Assembly (NCBI GenBank): GCA_963789265.1
Contig: CAWBKB010000001.1
Location: forward strand, 928,001-992,000
Direction: 5' to 3'
Origin: an uncultured delta proteobacterium
GTDB lineage: Bacteria; Desulfobacterota; Desulfomonilia; Desulfomonilales; Desulfomonilaceae
Length of the DNA stretch: 64,000 bases
Position 1 is the stretch's first letter. Every line of letters begins with the position of its first letter. The notes under the pieces are model-generated. The model did no database searches and was not told the origin of the DNA. It saw nothing but the letters and a program-made list of their open reading frames with translations. Shown in pieces: positions 20,011-29,512 of this stretch. Position numbers and translations under genes: made by a program.

Positions 20011-21025
20011 TGCTAACTCGATGCTCAGCCGGAATTTTCGGCTTCAGTTCTAGCTTTACCGTCACAGGCATTCCCTGTTGAAATCCGTGATTTCGGTCGC
20101 TTACAATCACGCGCAGCCGATAGACCAGATCGGTGCGCAGGTTAGTTGTCTCCACATTTTTCGGGGTGAACTCCGCTACAGGTGAGATGAAGCCGATCTG
20201 GCCGTGGTAAGGCTTTGCCGGTCGCGTGTCGGTATAGATTTCAGCGGGCATACCCGGATAAATTCGCCCCAGATCTTTCTCGGGCACATACGTTCGGATC
20301 CAAACCGGGGAGAGCAGTTGCAAGGTGTAGACAGTTTGCCCGGCTGCAACAATAGCGCCCGGCTCGCGTACTCGAGTGAGAATTATGCCGTCGGTTGGAG
20401 CCAGAATCTCCGTGTCCTGCAAATTGATCTCGGCTTGTTCGAGGCGGGCCTTTGCCGCATCCAGATTTGCTCGTGCTTCCTGAATATCTTCGTCGCGGAA
20501 ACCGGCTAGCTCGAGCGCCAGGTCGGCCTTAGAGAGTTGATCCTCAGCTTGCGCCGCGTCGCGGTCGGCCAAGGTGTCATCGAACTGCTGCTTGGAAATC
20601 GAGCCCGATTTCGCCAAACCCAGCCGGCGCTCGTATAGGCGCTGAGCATTTTTCAGCCGTACATCCTTTTCGTGAGCCGTGGCCCGTGCCCGTTCAATTT
20701 CTTCCGGTCGGTTGCCTCTTTCCATCTTTGCAAAAGTGGCCTGTATAGCATTCATCTGGGCCATGGAATTGCTGACATCCGCCTTGAAAGTGTCTTTATC
20801 CAGGATAGCGATAACCTGGCCTTGCTTCACCCGATCGCCTTCTTCGAATCTCATCTCCCGAATACGTCCGGCGACCCGAAATCCCAGGTCAACCTGACGG
20901 ATATCTACATTTCCGTAAATTACGAGTTCGTTGGACTTCTTGTGGCCCCAAGTGGCGTATCCGGCCCAACTCGCCACTCCCAACAGGAGCGCTCCTATGA
21001 TGAACAACGGCAATTTCTTATTCAT
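19985..21025 (-). CDS. ybhG: HlyD-family membrane fusion protein (YbhG-like)
   Basis: YGNVDIRQVDLGFRV, coiled-coil hairpin, FISPVAEFTPKNVET. Confidence 0.88.
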   Translation of the reverse strand: MNKKLPLFIIGALLLGVASWAGYATWGHKKSNELVIYGNVDIRQVDLGFRVAGRIREMRFEEGDRVKQGQVIAILDKDTFKADVSNSMAQMNAIQATFAKMERGNRPEEIERARATAHEKDVRLKNAQRLYERRLGLAKSGSISKQQFDDTLADRDAAQAEDQLSKADLALELAGFRDEDIQEARANLDAAKARLEQAEINLQDTEILAPTDGIILTRVREPGAIVAAGQTVYTLQLLSPVWIRTYVPEKDLGRIYPGMPAEIYTDTRPAKPYHGQIGFISPVAEFTPKNVETTNLRTDLVYRLRVIVSDRNHGFQQGMPVTVKLELKPKIPAEHRVSNDGRHRLN

Positions 21026-21027
21026 TC

Positions 21028-21744
21028 TTACGTCCCCTGTTCATGGCGGCCGTCATCCCAAGGTTCCGGCATACCAAGAATGGCACTCGCTTGTTTCACG
21101 ACTGCGATCCGCACACCATCTATTTCTTTCCGGGAATAACCTTCCCAATGCAGTGTGCGGATGATAGCTTCACACGATGTTCGAAATATGAGGACCTGCC
21201 CGACAATGGCAATTGCTCGCAGCATGACTTCAGGATCATTGGGCTGTCGATCCAGGATGCGAGCTGCCAGTGTCAAATTAATCTGAATAAGGGGTTGCAT
21301 CAGTCCTTCATAAATGATGTCAAAAGCTTTTGTCGGCTCCATTTGCTCCCGGAGTATGATCCCTGCCCAACTCTTGGCCTCCGGCACGCCGAGGATCGTC
21401 AAGACCATGATATTCAGGAGTCTGGATAACATGGCGAAACACTCGGGCTTGGAGCAGCTCGTCTTCTGCAATGCCTCATTGATTTCAGCTACGGCTGGAC
21501 GATATGCTGCGCTTGCCTGTTCGACAATGTGGCGGACCACCGCGTGGTAAAGTCCCTCTTTGCTTTTGAAGTGATACGGAATGGAGGCAAGATTTACACC
21601 CGCGCGGTCTGCCAACATGCGAGTGGTCGTGGCTTCAAAGTTATAGCGGCCAAAGACTTCCAGGCCGGTCCTGATAAGCTTTTCTCGTGTCCGCTCCCCG
21701 GTCATGCCCTTACGAGTTTCCTGTTCCAGTTTCCTCGGAGTCAT
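21028..21744 (-). CDS. TetR-family regulator (CecR/YbiH-like)
   Basis: N-terminal HTH TTRMLADRAGVNLASIPYHFKSKEGLY; first gene of the ybh-like operon. Confidence 0.85.
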   Translation of the reverse strand: MTPRKLEQETRKGMTGERTREKLIRTGLEVFGRYNFEATTTRMLADRAGVNLASIPYHFKSKEGLYHAVVRHIVEQASAAYRPAVAEINEALQKTSCSKPECFAMLSRLLNIMVLTILGVPEAKSWAGIILREQMEPTKAFDIIYEGLMQPLIQINLTLAARILDRQPNDPEVMLRAIAIVGQVLIFRTSCEAIIRTLHWEGYSRKEIDGVRIAVVKQASAILGMPEPWDDGRHEQGT

Positions 21745-21774
21745 GCTATCCCCTTTCCACTCAGTCGCTTAGGC

Positions 21775-21812
21775 TACTTTAATCATTCGTCTGAACAAGT
21801 CAATCGTATGAA
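21775..21812 (-). promoter_or_regulatory. Putative sigma70 promoter with tandem TetR-type operators
   Basis: Minus strand TTGACT-N16-TAAAGT overlapped by two TCA-NN-CG-NN-TGA palindromes (starting 21783 and 21800). Confidence 0.5.
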
Positions 21813-21835
21813 TTAATATTGTCCCCCACGGGAAT

Positions 21836-22126
21836 GGGAGAAAACCCTCGCCTTCAGACGAAGACTTCAGGTACGTTACAACCGGGTCGAAGTGAGGCAC
21901 AAGATGCAAAGATGCGGTAGGATGCTGGTGAGTCCAGCGGCACGCGGGACGAACCGCATCGTTTGCGTTTTTTCTCGATTGATGCGGTTCTCCCGCGCAG
22001 AACGCGGGCTCACCGGCATCCTACGCCGATATCGACTCCGGTCCTTTGGCGGCAGCGACCGCCGGATTCATCCGGTGGAGCGAAAATGCCGCCGAAGCCA
22101 CCGCCTTCAGGCGGTGGAGCCTTCTC
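21836..22126 (+). mobile_element. Non-coding palindromic element with IS200/IS605-like ends (copy 1)
   Basis: Ends GAAGCCACCGCCTTCAGGCGGTGGAGCCTTC; about 185 bp nearly identical to 54274-54466; no transposase ORF. Confidence 0.55.
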
Positions 22127-22156
22127 CCAACGACTTAAGGAAAGGAGGAAACCACA

Positions 22157-22546
22157 ATGTCCGATGATAGATACCAGCGAGGATGGGAAAAACTAAAAGA
22201 AGTTGACGGGGAAGCGGGCGAGCGAGTCATGGAGAGTCTTAAAGACATCGCGCCCGACTTGGCTCGATATATTATCGAATTTGCATTCGGGGACATGTAC
22301 AGCCGCCCGGCTCTGGACTTGAAGTCTCGAGAAATTGCAGTAGTAGCCTCGTTGACAGCGCTTGGCAACGCCAGGCCCCAACTGAAAGTTCACATTCACG
22401 GCGCTCTCAATGTTGGTTGCTCGCGCCAAGAAGTCATCGAAGTTATTATGCAAATGGCCGTGTACGCCGGATTCCCGGCAGCCTTGAACGGAATGTTCGC
22501 AGCCAAGGAAGTCTTTCAGGAGCGGGACGAGAAAGGACTGAGTTGA
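22157..22546 (+). CDS. Carboxymuconolactone decarboxylase family protein
   Basis: [44 protein letters not shown]. Confidence 0.88.
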   Translation: MSDDRYQRGWEKLKEVDGEAGERVMESLKDIAPDLARYIIEFAFGDMYSRPALDLKSREIAVVASLTALGNARPQLKVHIHGALNVGCSRQEVIEVIMQMAVYAGFPAALNGMFAAKEVFQERDEKGLS

Positions 22547-22653
22547 TCGGTCGTAAATAGTTTTCTTCGGGCGGTCCGATGTTTATAATCCCGACCGATC
22601 GACGTGACGGTCGTTTCGCTGCCATTCCCGCGCACACGGTCCAGCGTTTCGCG

Positions 22654-22833
22654 CACAGGCGTTAAGTTAACGATTTATTCCCCCCTTTCGTAAAGGGGGG
22701 CCAGGGGGGATTTTTGGATAATTCATTGAAAATCCCCCTAAATCCCCCTCTAGAAAAGGGGGACTTTGATCGCCCTCGCGGCCTGCATTCTCCTCTTGAA
22801 AAGGAACGAAATTGCCTTAAATTAACGCCTATG
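22654..22833. mobile_element. 180-bp MITE, about 17-bp TIR, 11-bp TSD (IS4-like)
   Basis: CACAGGCGTTAAGTTAA ... TTAAATTAACGCCTATG flanked by AGCGTTTCGCG at 22643-22653 and 22834-22844; inverted copy at 56974-57151. Confidence 0.8.
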
Positions 22834-22905
22834 AGCGTTTCGCGAGACAGTAGGACCGGCCTCCACGCGGGACGCGGGATCACCCCGGACTTCGATCCGG
22901 GCTAT

Positions 22906-22958
22906 GTAGGGGCGGACCCGCGTGTCCGCCCGGGGCAGACACATGGGTCTGCCCCTAC
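22906..22958. repeat. GTAG-type REP doublet
   Basis: GTAGGGGCGGACC...GGTCTGCCCCTAC; near-identical at 52318-52370, related at 34156-34212. Confidence 0.8.
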
Positions 22959-23035
22959 AGCGGTTGCCGGCGTACGTTGGCATGACGACATGTAGGGGCG
23001 GGATTGAAACCCGCGCCGTACCAGAAAGCACGGTG

Positions 23036-23614
23036 TCACCGGCCTGAAAGCGTATCGCTATCAGCTTTCCCCAATGCAAGCAGCGCCGATCTGCTCCTTG
23101 GAATCTCGGGCTTGCCAACAACCTTAAAGCCCGCGTCTGAGGCCATGGCAACAGTGCGTTGGAATTCCTCTTCGGATACACGCGCGTTGGGCTCCGAGAT
23201 AAGCAATTTGCCCGTGGGCTTCAGAACGCTCCTGATCTGAGAAAAGAGGCTGCCCGCGTCCGGGACCTCGTGGACAACGTATAATGCGAGACACAGGTCA
23301 ATGGGGTCGGAAATGCCTATGCTGGTCGGCTCGCACACCTTTGTGACGATTCGACCGGACACCCCGGCTTTGTCAGCTCGCCTGGTCAGAGCCTTGAGCA
23401 TCTTCTCTTGAACATCAACGGCTATTACTCTGCCGCTCTCACCGACCATACGGGCCACCGGGATTGTGAAAAAACCCATTCCCGGTCCCAATTCCAGGAC
23501 GGTCATCCCTTTGCTTACGTGTGGCGACAGGATCTTGTCAGGATTTTGCAACCAGCGACGTATTGGACTTACCAATAAGTATCCGATCCACCACGGACAC
23601 ACATGTTCTGCCAT
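23036..23614 (-). CDS. Class I SAM-dependent methyltransferase
   Basis: VLELGPGMG, AVDVQEKML, LKPTG; similar to 5479-6114. Confidence 0.85.
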   Translation of the reverse strand: MAEHVCPWWIGYLLVSPIRRWLQNPDKILSPHVSKGMTVLELGPGMGFFTIPVARMVGESGRVIAVDVQEKMLKALTRRADKAGVSGRIVTKVCEPTSIGISDPIDLCLALYVVHEVPDAGSLFSQIRSVLKPTGKLLISEPNARVSEEEFQRTVAMASDAGFKVVGKPEIPRSRSALLALGKADSDTLSGR

Positions 23615-23646
23615 GTCATGCTTCCTTAATAACAGTCTGCCCGGAC

Positions 23647-25572
23647 TCAGACCGGCTCAGCAGCGAGCCCGGCTTTGCCGCCATTGTCGGCACCCTTTGC
23701 GTAGCTACCCAAGATCTTAAGAAATTCTGTTTTTCCCTTCAACTCTTCAAGCAATGGTCGGTACTGCGGGTCCTGAATATCAACCTCTATGTCAGCATAA
23801 AAGAGATACTCCCAAGGTTTGCCGAAGATCGGACGGGATTCGAGTTTGACCAGATTGATCTGCCTCTCCGCCAGGACCTTCAAGGTTTCATATAGACTCC
23901 CCGGGCGATCGCTCACAGAGTAGATCAGAGAAGACTTGTTCTTGGCACCGTCAAGGAAGTCACTGGCAGAAATTACCACAAATCGGGAAAAGTTTCTGGG
24001 ACTCGTTTCAATCCCTTCCCGCAAGAGTGTCATGCCATAGAGCTTCGCAGCATCTTTTCCGGCAATGGCCGCCTCCTCCGGGTCGTTGTTTTCTTTTACA
24101 CGAAGAACCGCGGTTGCGGTGTCCTGACAAGCTACCAGATCCCAACCCGGGTAATCTTTGAGAAACTCCTTGCACTGCCTGAACACCTGGGGATGGGAAT
24201 AAACCCGTTTGATCTTATCGAGAGCTGTGTCGGAATGGCCCACGAGGTTGTGCTCTATACGCAACGTCATCTCGCCGACGATACGAAGGTCGTATTCCAG
24301 AAGTAGATCGTAGTTCTCGTGTATGCTTCCTGTAAGAGAATTCTCCACGGGCACGATGCCCAGTGTGGCGTCTCCATTCTGTACAGCCTCAAAGACCTCT
24401 CTGAACAAGGGACAATTCTGGTGAGGAACCTCGGCGCCGAAGAATTGCACGCATGCCTTGTGACTATGAGACCCGGGGACCCCTGCATAGACCACCTTAC
24501 TGGGCTGGGTTCCCGGTTCCAACGGCTTCGTCATTTTCTTTGCCTTTTCCAGGTAGTTGAAATCCAGTTGTTTCCCCACAACCGGCGCTATCACGTGGAG
24601 ATGGCGCATGAGCTGTTTGAATTGTTCCGGGTAAAGGCTCTGAGGCCCGTCGGAAAGTGCCTTGTCCGGCTCCGTATGGACCTCGATAATAAGACCGTCA
24701 GCCCCGGCCGCGATGGCAGCACGAGCCATCGGGCTGACCTTCTCGCGAATTCCCGTCGCATGGCTCGGGTCAATGATGATGGGCAGGTGCGTCAAGGACT
24801 TGATAACGGGGACAGCCGTGAGATCCAATGTGTTGCGCGTGAAGCCTTCAAAGGTCCGGATCCCGCGCTCGCACAAAATTACCTGGTCATTTCCCTCGGA
24901 TAAAATGTACTCCGCAGACATCAACCACTCTTCAATGGTTGCGGCGAGCCCCCGTTTTAGAAGAACCGGCTTGCCCATGCGCCCGACGCATTTCAGGAGC
25001 TCAAAATTTTGCATGTTTCGGGCCCCGACTTGAACCACGTCCACGTATTTGATCATCAGATCCGCCTGGCTCGGCGAAGTCATTTCCGTAACGATTCCCA
25101 ACCCGGTTTCGGATCGCACCTCGGCCAGGATCTTGAGCCCTTCCTCTCCCATGCCCTGGAAAGAATACGGTGAAGTTCTCGGCTTGAAAGCCCCGCCACG
25201 GAACAAGACGGCCCCGTGTTGGCGCACCGATCTGGCGATTTCTAGAGTGCGTGAGCGTTCTTCCACGGCGCATGGACCGGCAATGACAACCAGTCGATCT
25301 CCGCCGACGGCCACCGGCCCCACTCGGATCACTGAAGGCTCCGGGTGCAGCTCTCGGCCTACAAGCTTGTACGGTTTGGAAATGGGCACGACCTTTGTGA
25401 CGCCCGGAAGCGTTTCAAAGTAGCGCAAATCCTTGTGGTTTGTCCCGACGACGCCGAGAATGGTCTCCTCCACGCCTTTGATTTCCCTGACGAGATAGTC
25501 ATCGGAGACCAGAACTTGCTTTAGTCCCTCAATCTCGCCCTCTGTAATTCCTTTACGCAGAACCAAGATCAC
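23647..25572 (-). CDS. aroF: Bifunctional DAHP synthase (type I-beta) / prephenate dehydratase with ACT domain
   Basis: IAGPCAVE, RGGAFKPRTSPYSFQG, GARNMQN, CERGIRTF, DPSH; then VPVENSLTGSI, YSHPQ, NFSRF, KLESRP. GTG 25572 follows AAGGAGG. Confidence 0.9.
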   Translation of the reverse strand: MILVLRKGITEGEIEGLKQVLVSDDYLVREIKGVEETILGVVGTNHKDLRYFETLPGVTKVVPISKPYKLVGRELHPEPSVIRVGPVAVGGDRLVVIAGPCAVEERSRTLEIARSVRQHGAVLFRGGAFKPRTSPYSFQGMGEEGLKILAEVRSETGLGIVTEMTSPSQADLMIKYVDVVQVGARNMQNFELLKCVGRMGKPVLLKRGLAATIEEWLMSAEYILSEGNDQVILCERGIRTFEGFTRNTLDLTAVPVIKSLTHLPIIIDPSHATGIREKVSPMARAAIAAGADGLIIEVHTEPDKALSDGPQSLYPEQFKQLMRHLHVIAPVVGKQLDFNYLEKAKKMTKPLEPGTQPSKVVYAGVPGSHSHKACVQFFGAEVPHQNCPLFREVFEAVQNGDATLGIVPVENSLTGSIHENYDLLLEYDLRIVGEMTLRIEHNLVGHSDTALDKIKRVYSHPQVFRQCKEFLKDYPGWDLVACQDTATAVLRVKENNDPEEAAIAGKDAAKLYGMTLLREGIETSPRNFSRFVVISASDFLDGAKNKSSLIYSVSDRPGSLYETLKVLAERQINLVKLESRPIFGKPWEYLFYADIEVDIQDPQYRPLLEELKGKTEFLKILGSYAKGADNGGKAGLAAEPV

Positions 25573-25612
25573 GACGTCCTCCTTGTCTTTTGGCTTATGC
25601 TCGACACATAAC

Positions 25613-25641
25613 AAAAAACCCCAAGGAGTTATCCTCGGGGT
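25613..25641 (-). terminator. Attenuator terminator hairpin
   Basis: Minus strand ACCCCGAGGA-TAAC-TCCTTGGGGT followed by a T run, 40 nt upstream of the aroF start. Confidence 0.8.
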
Positions 25642-25702
25642 CCCTTAATAAGAAACCCCGGGAGGATCTGCGATCCACCCGGGGTTTTCCGATTCGGTGG
25701 TC

Positions 25703-25810
25703 TTACCCAGGTGGATCCGGACTAAAGAAGCTAAAAAAGCTAAAAAAGGAGCCACCTTGGAATCTTGTCTCGGCTTCGTTTATGACTTCAATAATGATAG
25801 CTCGTATCAT
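25703..25810 (-). CDS. Phe-rich attenuator leader peptide (35 aa)
   Basis: AGGAG RBS; hand translation MIRAIIIEVINEAETRFQGGSFFSFFSFFSPDPPG-stop; 7 Phe codons, 6 in tandem pairs. Confidence 0.85.
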   Translation of the reverse strand: MIRAIIIEVINEAETRFQGGSFFSFFSFFSPDPPG

Positions 25811-25882
25811 CACATACTCCTAATGCTGTATGAGAACCTATCCGACTTCGCTTCTCATGTCAATATAATTCCGCGGCTGGAG

Positions 25883-26004
25883 ATAACCATTCAGTCTTGT
25901 GGGGCAGGCTTTCCAGCCTGCCGAAAAAACCCCTGTTCAATGGCGGGCTAGAAAGCCCACCCCACGAAACCACCAGCAAATTCCGGCTGTAACTGAATGC
26001 ATAC
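25883..26004. mobile_element. 122-bp MITE with 8-bp TSD (IS66-like ends)
   Basis: ATAACCATTCAG ... CTGAATGCATAC flanked by GGCTGGAG at 25875-25882 and 26005-26012; internal GTGGGGCAGGC REP pair. Confidence 0.65.
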
Positions 26005-26240
26005 GGCTGGAGGTAGTCACTCAATTACTTGGGGAAACAACCGGAACTTCGTCATTGTGAGGAGTGAAATCACAAGGTAATGCTATTAGTAGGATCGGCA
26101 TCCTGCCGGTCATGCGTGACGAAAACAAGGCTAATCGTCGACCTCAAATAAAAGATTTCAAGCCTAGGCAAGGTTTGCGTGACAATTTCCCGAGAATCAT
26201 GGTATAGTCGCAAAAAAGTAAAAATTCACTGGGATGAATA

Positions 26241-28886
26241 ATGAAAGCTAAGAAGCCACCGGGCACTGGTGACTTTGAAGGAACCCAGTCGATCTCCATC
26301 GACTTTGAAACACTTCTCACCGAGGATTTGAGCTCGTCGGGCAGCTTTTATGTCCATGGGATCCAGACAACATCGCTTGGTAGGTTATTGCAAGCCCTAC
26401 CGATCCCTGCCCTTTTGATTGATAGGCGGTACCGCATAATTTTTGCAAATCAGGCTTGTGCGAGGATTAGCCGAGCATACGAAAAGGCGATCGGAGGGGC
26501 GATTTCCGCACTGGGGGCCGATCCCGATACAGCGCGAGAAATCCAAGTTATCGCAGAAGAGGTTCTGTCAACCAGAAAACCTCAGATTCATCAGGCAATG
26601 CTTGGAATCGAGAAAGGCAGAATCTGGGGCCGGATGTACTTTCGATCTCTCCGGATTGCTGAGGAGAGATTAATACTTCTCCTCGTTGAAGATCTAAGCC
26701 TGGAAAAGACACAACTTGCTCTGAGCCAAAGGCGCAGGGATCAGTTGGTGAGAGAAATTGCAGAGCGAAAGTTAGCGGAAAAGGCTCTAAAACAAACCGA
26801 AACGCTGTTAAGAAGCATATTGGCCACGTCTCCCATTGGGATAGGCGTGACTGAAGATAGGATCATGAAATGGGCAAATGAAGCCTGGTATGAAATGTTC
26901 GGATTCGAAAGCGAAGACGAAGTGGTGGGACAGAGCGCCAGAATTGTCTATCCGTCCGATGCAGAGTATGAGCGGGTTGGGGAACTACTCTATCAAAGCT
27001 TGCATACCGGACAGGTCACCTCCGTGGATACAACCTTCAGACGAAAAGACGGATCTCTTTTTGACGGTCACATAAGGATGAAGTCCTTTGACTCTCCCAA
27101 TCGCGCTCAGACTACGGTTGCAGCTATTTCCGACATTTCGGAAAGAAAGCGTGCCGAACAATCGCTCAAGGAGAGCGAAGAAAGGTTCCGTGCGGTTGTT
27201 GAAGATCAGACCGAATTGATCTGCCGGTTGTCGCCCGATCAAAAGTTCCAATTTGTAAATACGGCTTTCTGCCGCTATTTCGATCTCGGGCATGACGACT
27301 TGGTTGAGAGGGGTTTGATGTCGCTTGTCCCAAATAAATGTCGCGAGGAGGTAGAAAGCCATTTTGCGTCCCTGAATCGGGAAAACCCGGTCTCCTCGTA
27401 TGAGATTCAGATTCCAACGCCCGGCGGGGAACGTCGCAGGTTGAAGTGGATAAGCAGGGCATTGTTTGACAACCAGGGAGAATTAACCGGGTTCCAATTT
27501 GTGGGGCACGACATCACCGATCAAAGGAGGGCCGAGGAGGCTCTTCGCCAAAGCGAAGGACGGTTCAGGGCAATCTTTGAAGGAGCAGAAGACTATATTT
27601 TTCTGAAGGATCGCTCATTGCGATACATTGATGTTAATCCCGCGGCAGAAAAGCTTCTCGGCCTCCCGGCCTCTCAAATCGTTGGTTCGACATACAAAGA
27701 CCTATTCAGTGATGAAGATGCAGCCTACCTCAGAGAAGCAGACATGCGGGTGCTACAGGGGGACACCGTACAGGAAGAGCATACCATCAAGATTAATGGA
27801 ATTCCCACTTCCTTGCTTGAAATGAGAGTCCCACTCAGGAACGAAACGGGTGAAATCGTGGGTGTTATCACCATAGCCCACGACATTACCGACCGCAAGA
27901 GGGCGGAAGTTTCTTCTGAACCGACAGGAGAATATCCGTCAAAGGCCATGAAAGAGACGCTAAAGAGTGCGCTTTTGGCCGCGAAGCGAAATGCCACTGT
28001 TTTGCTGACCGGCGAAAGCGGAAGTGGAAAAGATTATCTTGCGCAGTACATACATAACCACTCCGATCGTGCAAGCGGCCCATATTTTGCCGTCAATTGT
28101 GCTGCAATAGTTCCCCAACTTGCTGAATCCGAACTCTTCGGTCACGAAAAGGGCTCGTTTACCGGGGCAGTCGGTCGAAAACGAGGCCTTTTGGAATTGG
28201 CGGAAGGCGGAACGCTCCTACTGAACGAGATCGGAGAACTTTCACTCCCCTTGCAGGCAAAGCTGCTGACGTTCCTGGACACTCGAAGATTTACCCGTGT
28301 GGGAGGTGAGAAAGAAATTACGGTCAATGCCAGGCTTATTGCAGCGACGAATAGGAACCTGGCGAAAGAAGTTGAAGCCAGACGGTTCAGGCAGGATCTA
28401 TTCTTCAGAATCAATGTAATGTCTATCGAGGTCCCGCCACTCCGGGAAAGGCTGAAAGACATACCAGTGCTTATCCGCGAGATCCTGTCCAGGCTTCGTA
28501 GTGAGCTTCAGATTCATGAGGTCCCGGCCATTTCCTCTTCAGCCGTGCATGCGCTCAAAAGATATCACTGGCCCGGCAACGTGAGGGAACTGCGTAACGT
28601 CCTGGAAAGGGCCCTAATACTCTCACACGGAAAAGAACTGAATCTGGCTGCTTTGGGACTTCATGATGTCCGGGATTCGCTCCCTGAGCATGAAAAGACA
28701 TCCTTCGCGGTGTCGTTCCCTTGCCGTCAGTCGCTGAACGAAATTACTCAGGATTTGAAGCGGTTTCCAGTGAATGAGGCGCTGCGCCTGACCGGGGGCA
28801 GCAGGCAAGATGCAGCCCGGCTCCTGGGGATTTCCCGTTATTCACTCAAGCATTATATGAAAACACTTGGTTACAATGGGGAGTGA
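26241..28886 (+). CDS. Multi-PAS sigma54-dependent transcriptional activator
   Basis: Repeated PAS/PAC ends (DISERK, DITDQR, DITDRK), GESGSGKD, ESELFGHEKGSFTGA, WPGNVREL, C-terminal Fis-type HTH. Confidence 0.9.
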   Translation: MKAKKPPGTGDFEGTQSISIDFETLLTEDLSSSGSFYVHGIQTTSLGRLLQALPIPALLIDRRYRIIFANQACARISRAYEKAIGGAISALGADPDTAREIQVIAEEVLSTRKPQIHQAMLGIEKGRIWGRMYFRSLRIAEERLILLLVEDLSLEKTQLALSQRRRDQLVREIAERKLAEKALKQTETLLRSILATSPIGIGVTEDRIMKWANEAWYEMFGFESEDEVVGQSARIVYPSDAEYERVGELLYQSLHTGQVTSVDTTFRRKDGSLFDGHIRMKSFDSPNRAQTTVAAISDISERKRAEQSLKESEERFRAVVEDQTELICRLSPDQKFQFVNTAFCRYFDLGHDDLVERGLMSLVPNKCREEVESHFASLNRENPVSSYEIQIPTPGGERRRLKWISRALFDNQGELTGFQFVGHDITDQRRAEEALRQSEGRFRAIFEGAEDYIFLKDRSLRYIDVNPAAEKLLGLPASQIVGSTYKDLFSDEDAAYLREADMRVLQGDTVQEEHTIKINGIPTSLLEMRVPLRNETGEIVGVITIAHDITDRKRAEVSSEPTGEYPSKAMKETLKSALLAAKRNATVLLTGESGSGKDYLAQYIHNHSDRASGPYFAVNCAAIVPQLAESELFGHEKGSFTGAVGRKRGLLELAEGGTLLLNEIGELSLPLQAKLLTFLDTRRFTRVGGEKEITVNARLIAATNRNLAKEVEARRFRQDLFFRINVMSIEVPPLRERLKDIPVLIREILSRLRSELQIHEVPAISSSAVHALKRYHWPGNVRELRNVLERALILSHGKELNLAALGLHDVRDSLPEHEKTSFAVSFPCRQSLNEITQDLKRFPVNEALRLTGGSRQDAARLLGISRYSLKHYMKTLGYNGE

Positions 28887-28969
28887 TCTTCGTGCGGTTC
28901 CGCAAATGAATCATGCATTCGGGAAGAGACGGGCGGAATTGCTATCCCGCCCATCCATGCGGAGCCTCG

Positions 28970-29440
28970 TTATTGGCAACGGAACATCGGGTCAGGCATC
29001 TGTTTGCCCCACTGCGCCTCGGAGGGCTTCTTGGCGCCCGACTCACAGGCATTTGCAAAAGCTCGCGGCTCTTCTTTGTTTACCGCGGGATGGCTCTGCT
29101 CAAACATTGCATGAGGATTGGATCCTGCCCTGGTATGGGCGTCCGCGGGGCACGGGTAATCCAAACCCGGCTGATGAGGAGGGTCGCCAAACGGGTCAGG
29201 CATGGCCATTCCGCACTGTTCTTCAGACAGTTTCTTTGCACCCGATTCTATCGGATTGGCAAATGCCGCAGGTTCTTCTTTGTTTACAGCGGGATGGCTC
29301 TGCTCAAATGTTGCATGGGGATTAGATCCCATTCTGTTGTGAACATCCGCAGCTTCGGACCTGCGCTCGAAATTCATCTCCTCTTTTCTTTCCAGGCCAA
29401 ATTTTCCGGTTATGCTATCTATGATATCTCTGAAGCTCAT
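28970..29440 (-). CDS. Hydrophilic protein with two internal repeats (68-aa period)
   Basis: GSNPHAxFEQSHPAVNKEEPxAFANxxESGAKKxSExQxGxxMPDP occurs twice; AAGGAGA RBS before ATG 29440. Confidence 0.65.
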   Translation of the reverse strand: MSFRDIIDSITGKFGLERKEEMNFERRSEAADVHNRMGSNPHATFEQSHPAVNKEEPAAFANPIESGAKKLSEEQCGMAMPDPFGDPPHQPGLDYPCPADAHTRAGSNPHAMFEQSHPAVNKEEPRAFANACESGAKKPSEAQWGKQMPDPMFRCQ

Positions 29441-29512
29441 AACAATTTCTCCTTCTAGCAACTGTATTCAGGATCGGACGGAAGTCTCACCTTGTTCGAA
29501 ATTCTCCTTACC

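Noticed and set aside
22654..22833. Invertible phase-variation switch
   Set aside because: Copy-specific 11-bp direct repeats fit independent transposition better; no recombinase nearby.
22640..23000. CRISPR array in the repeat-rich intergenic regions
   Set aside because: Repeats are inverted and dispersed, with no regular repeat-spacer period and no cas genes.
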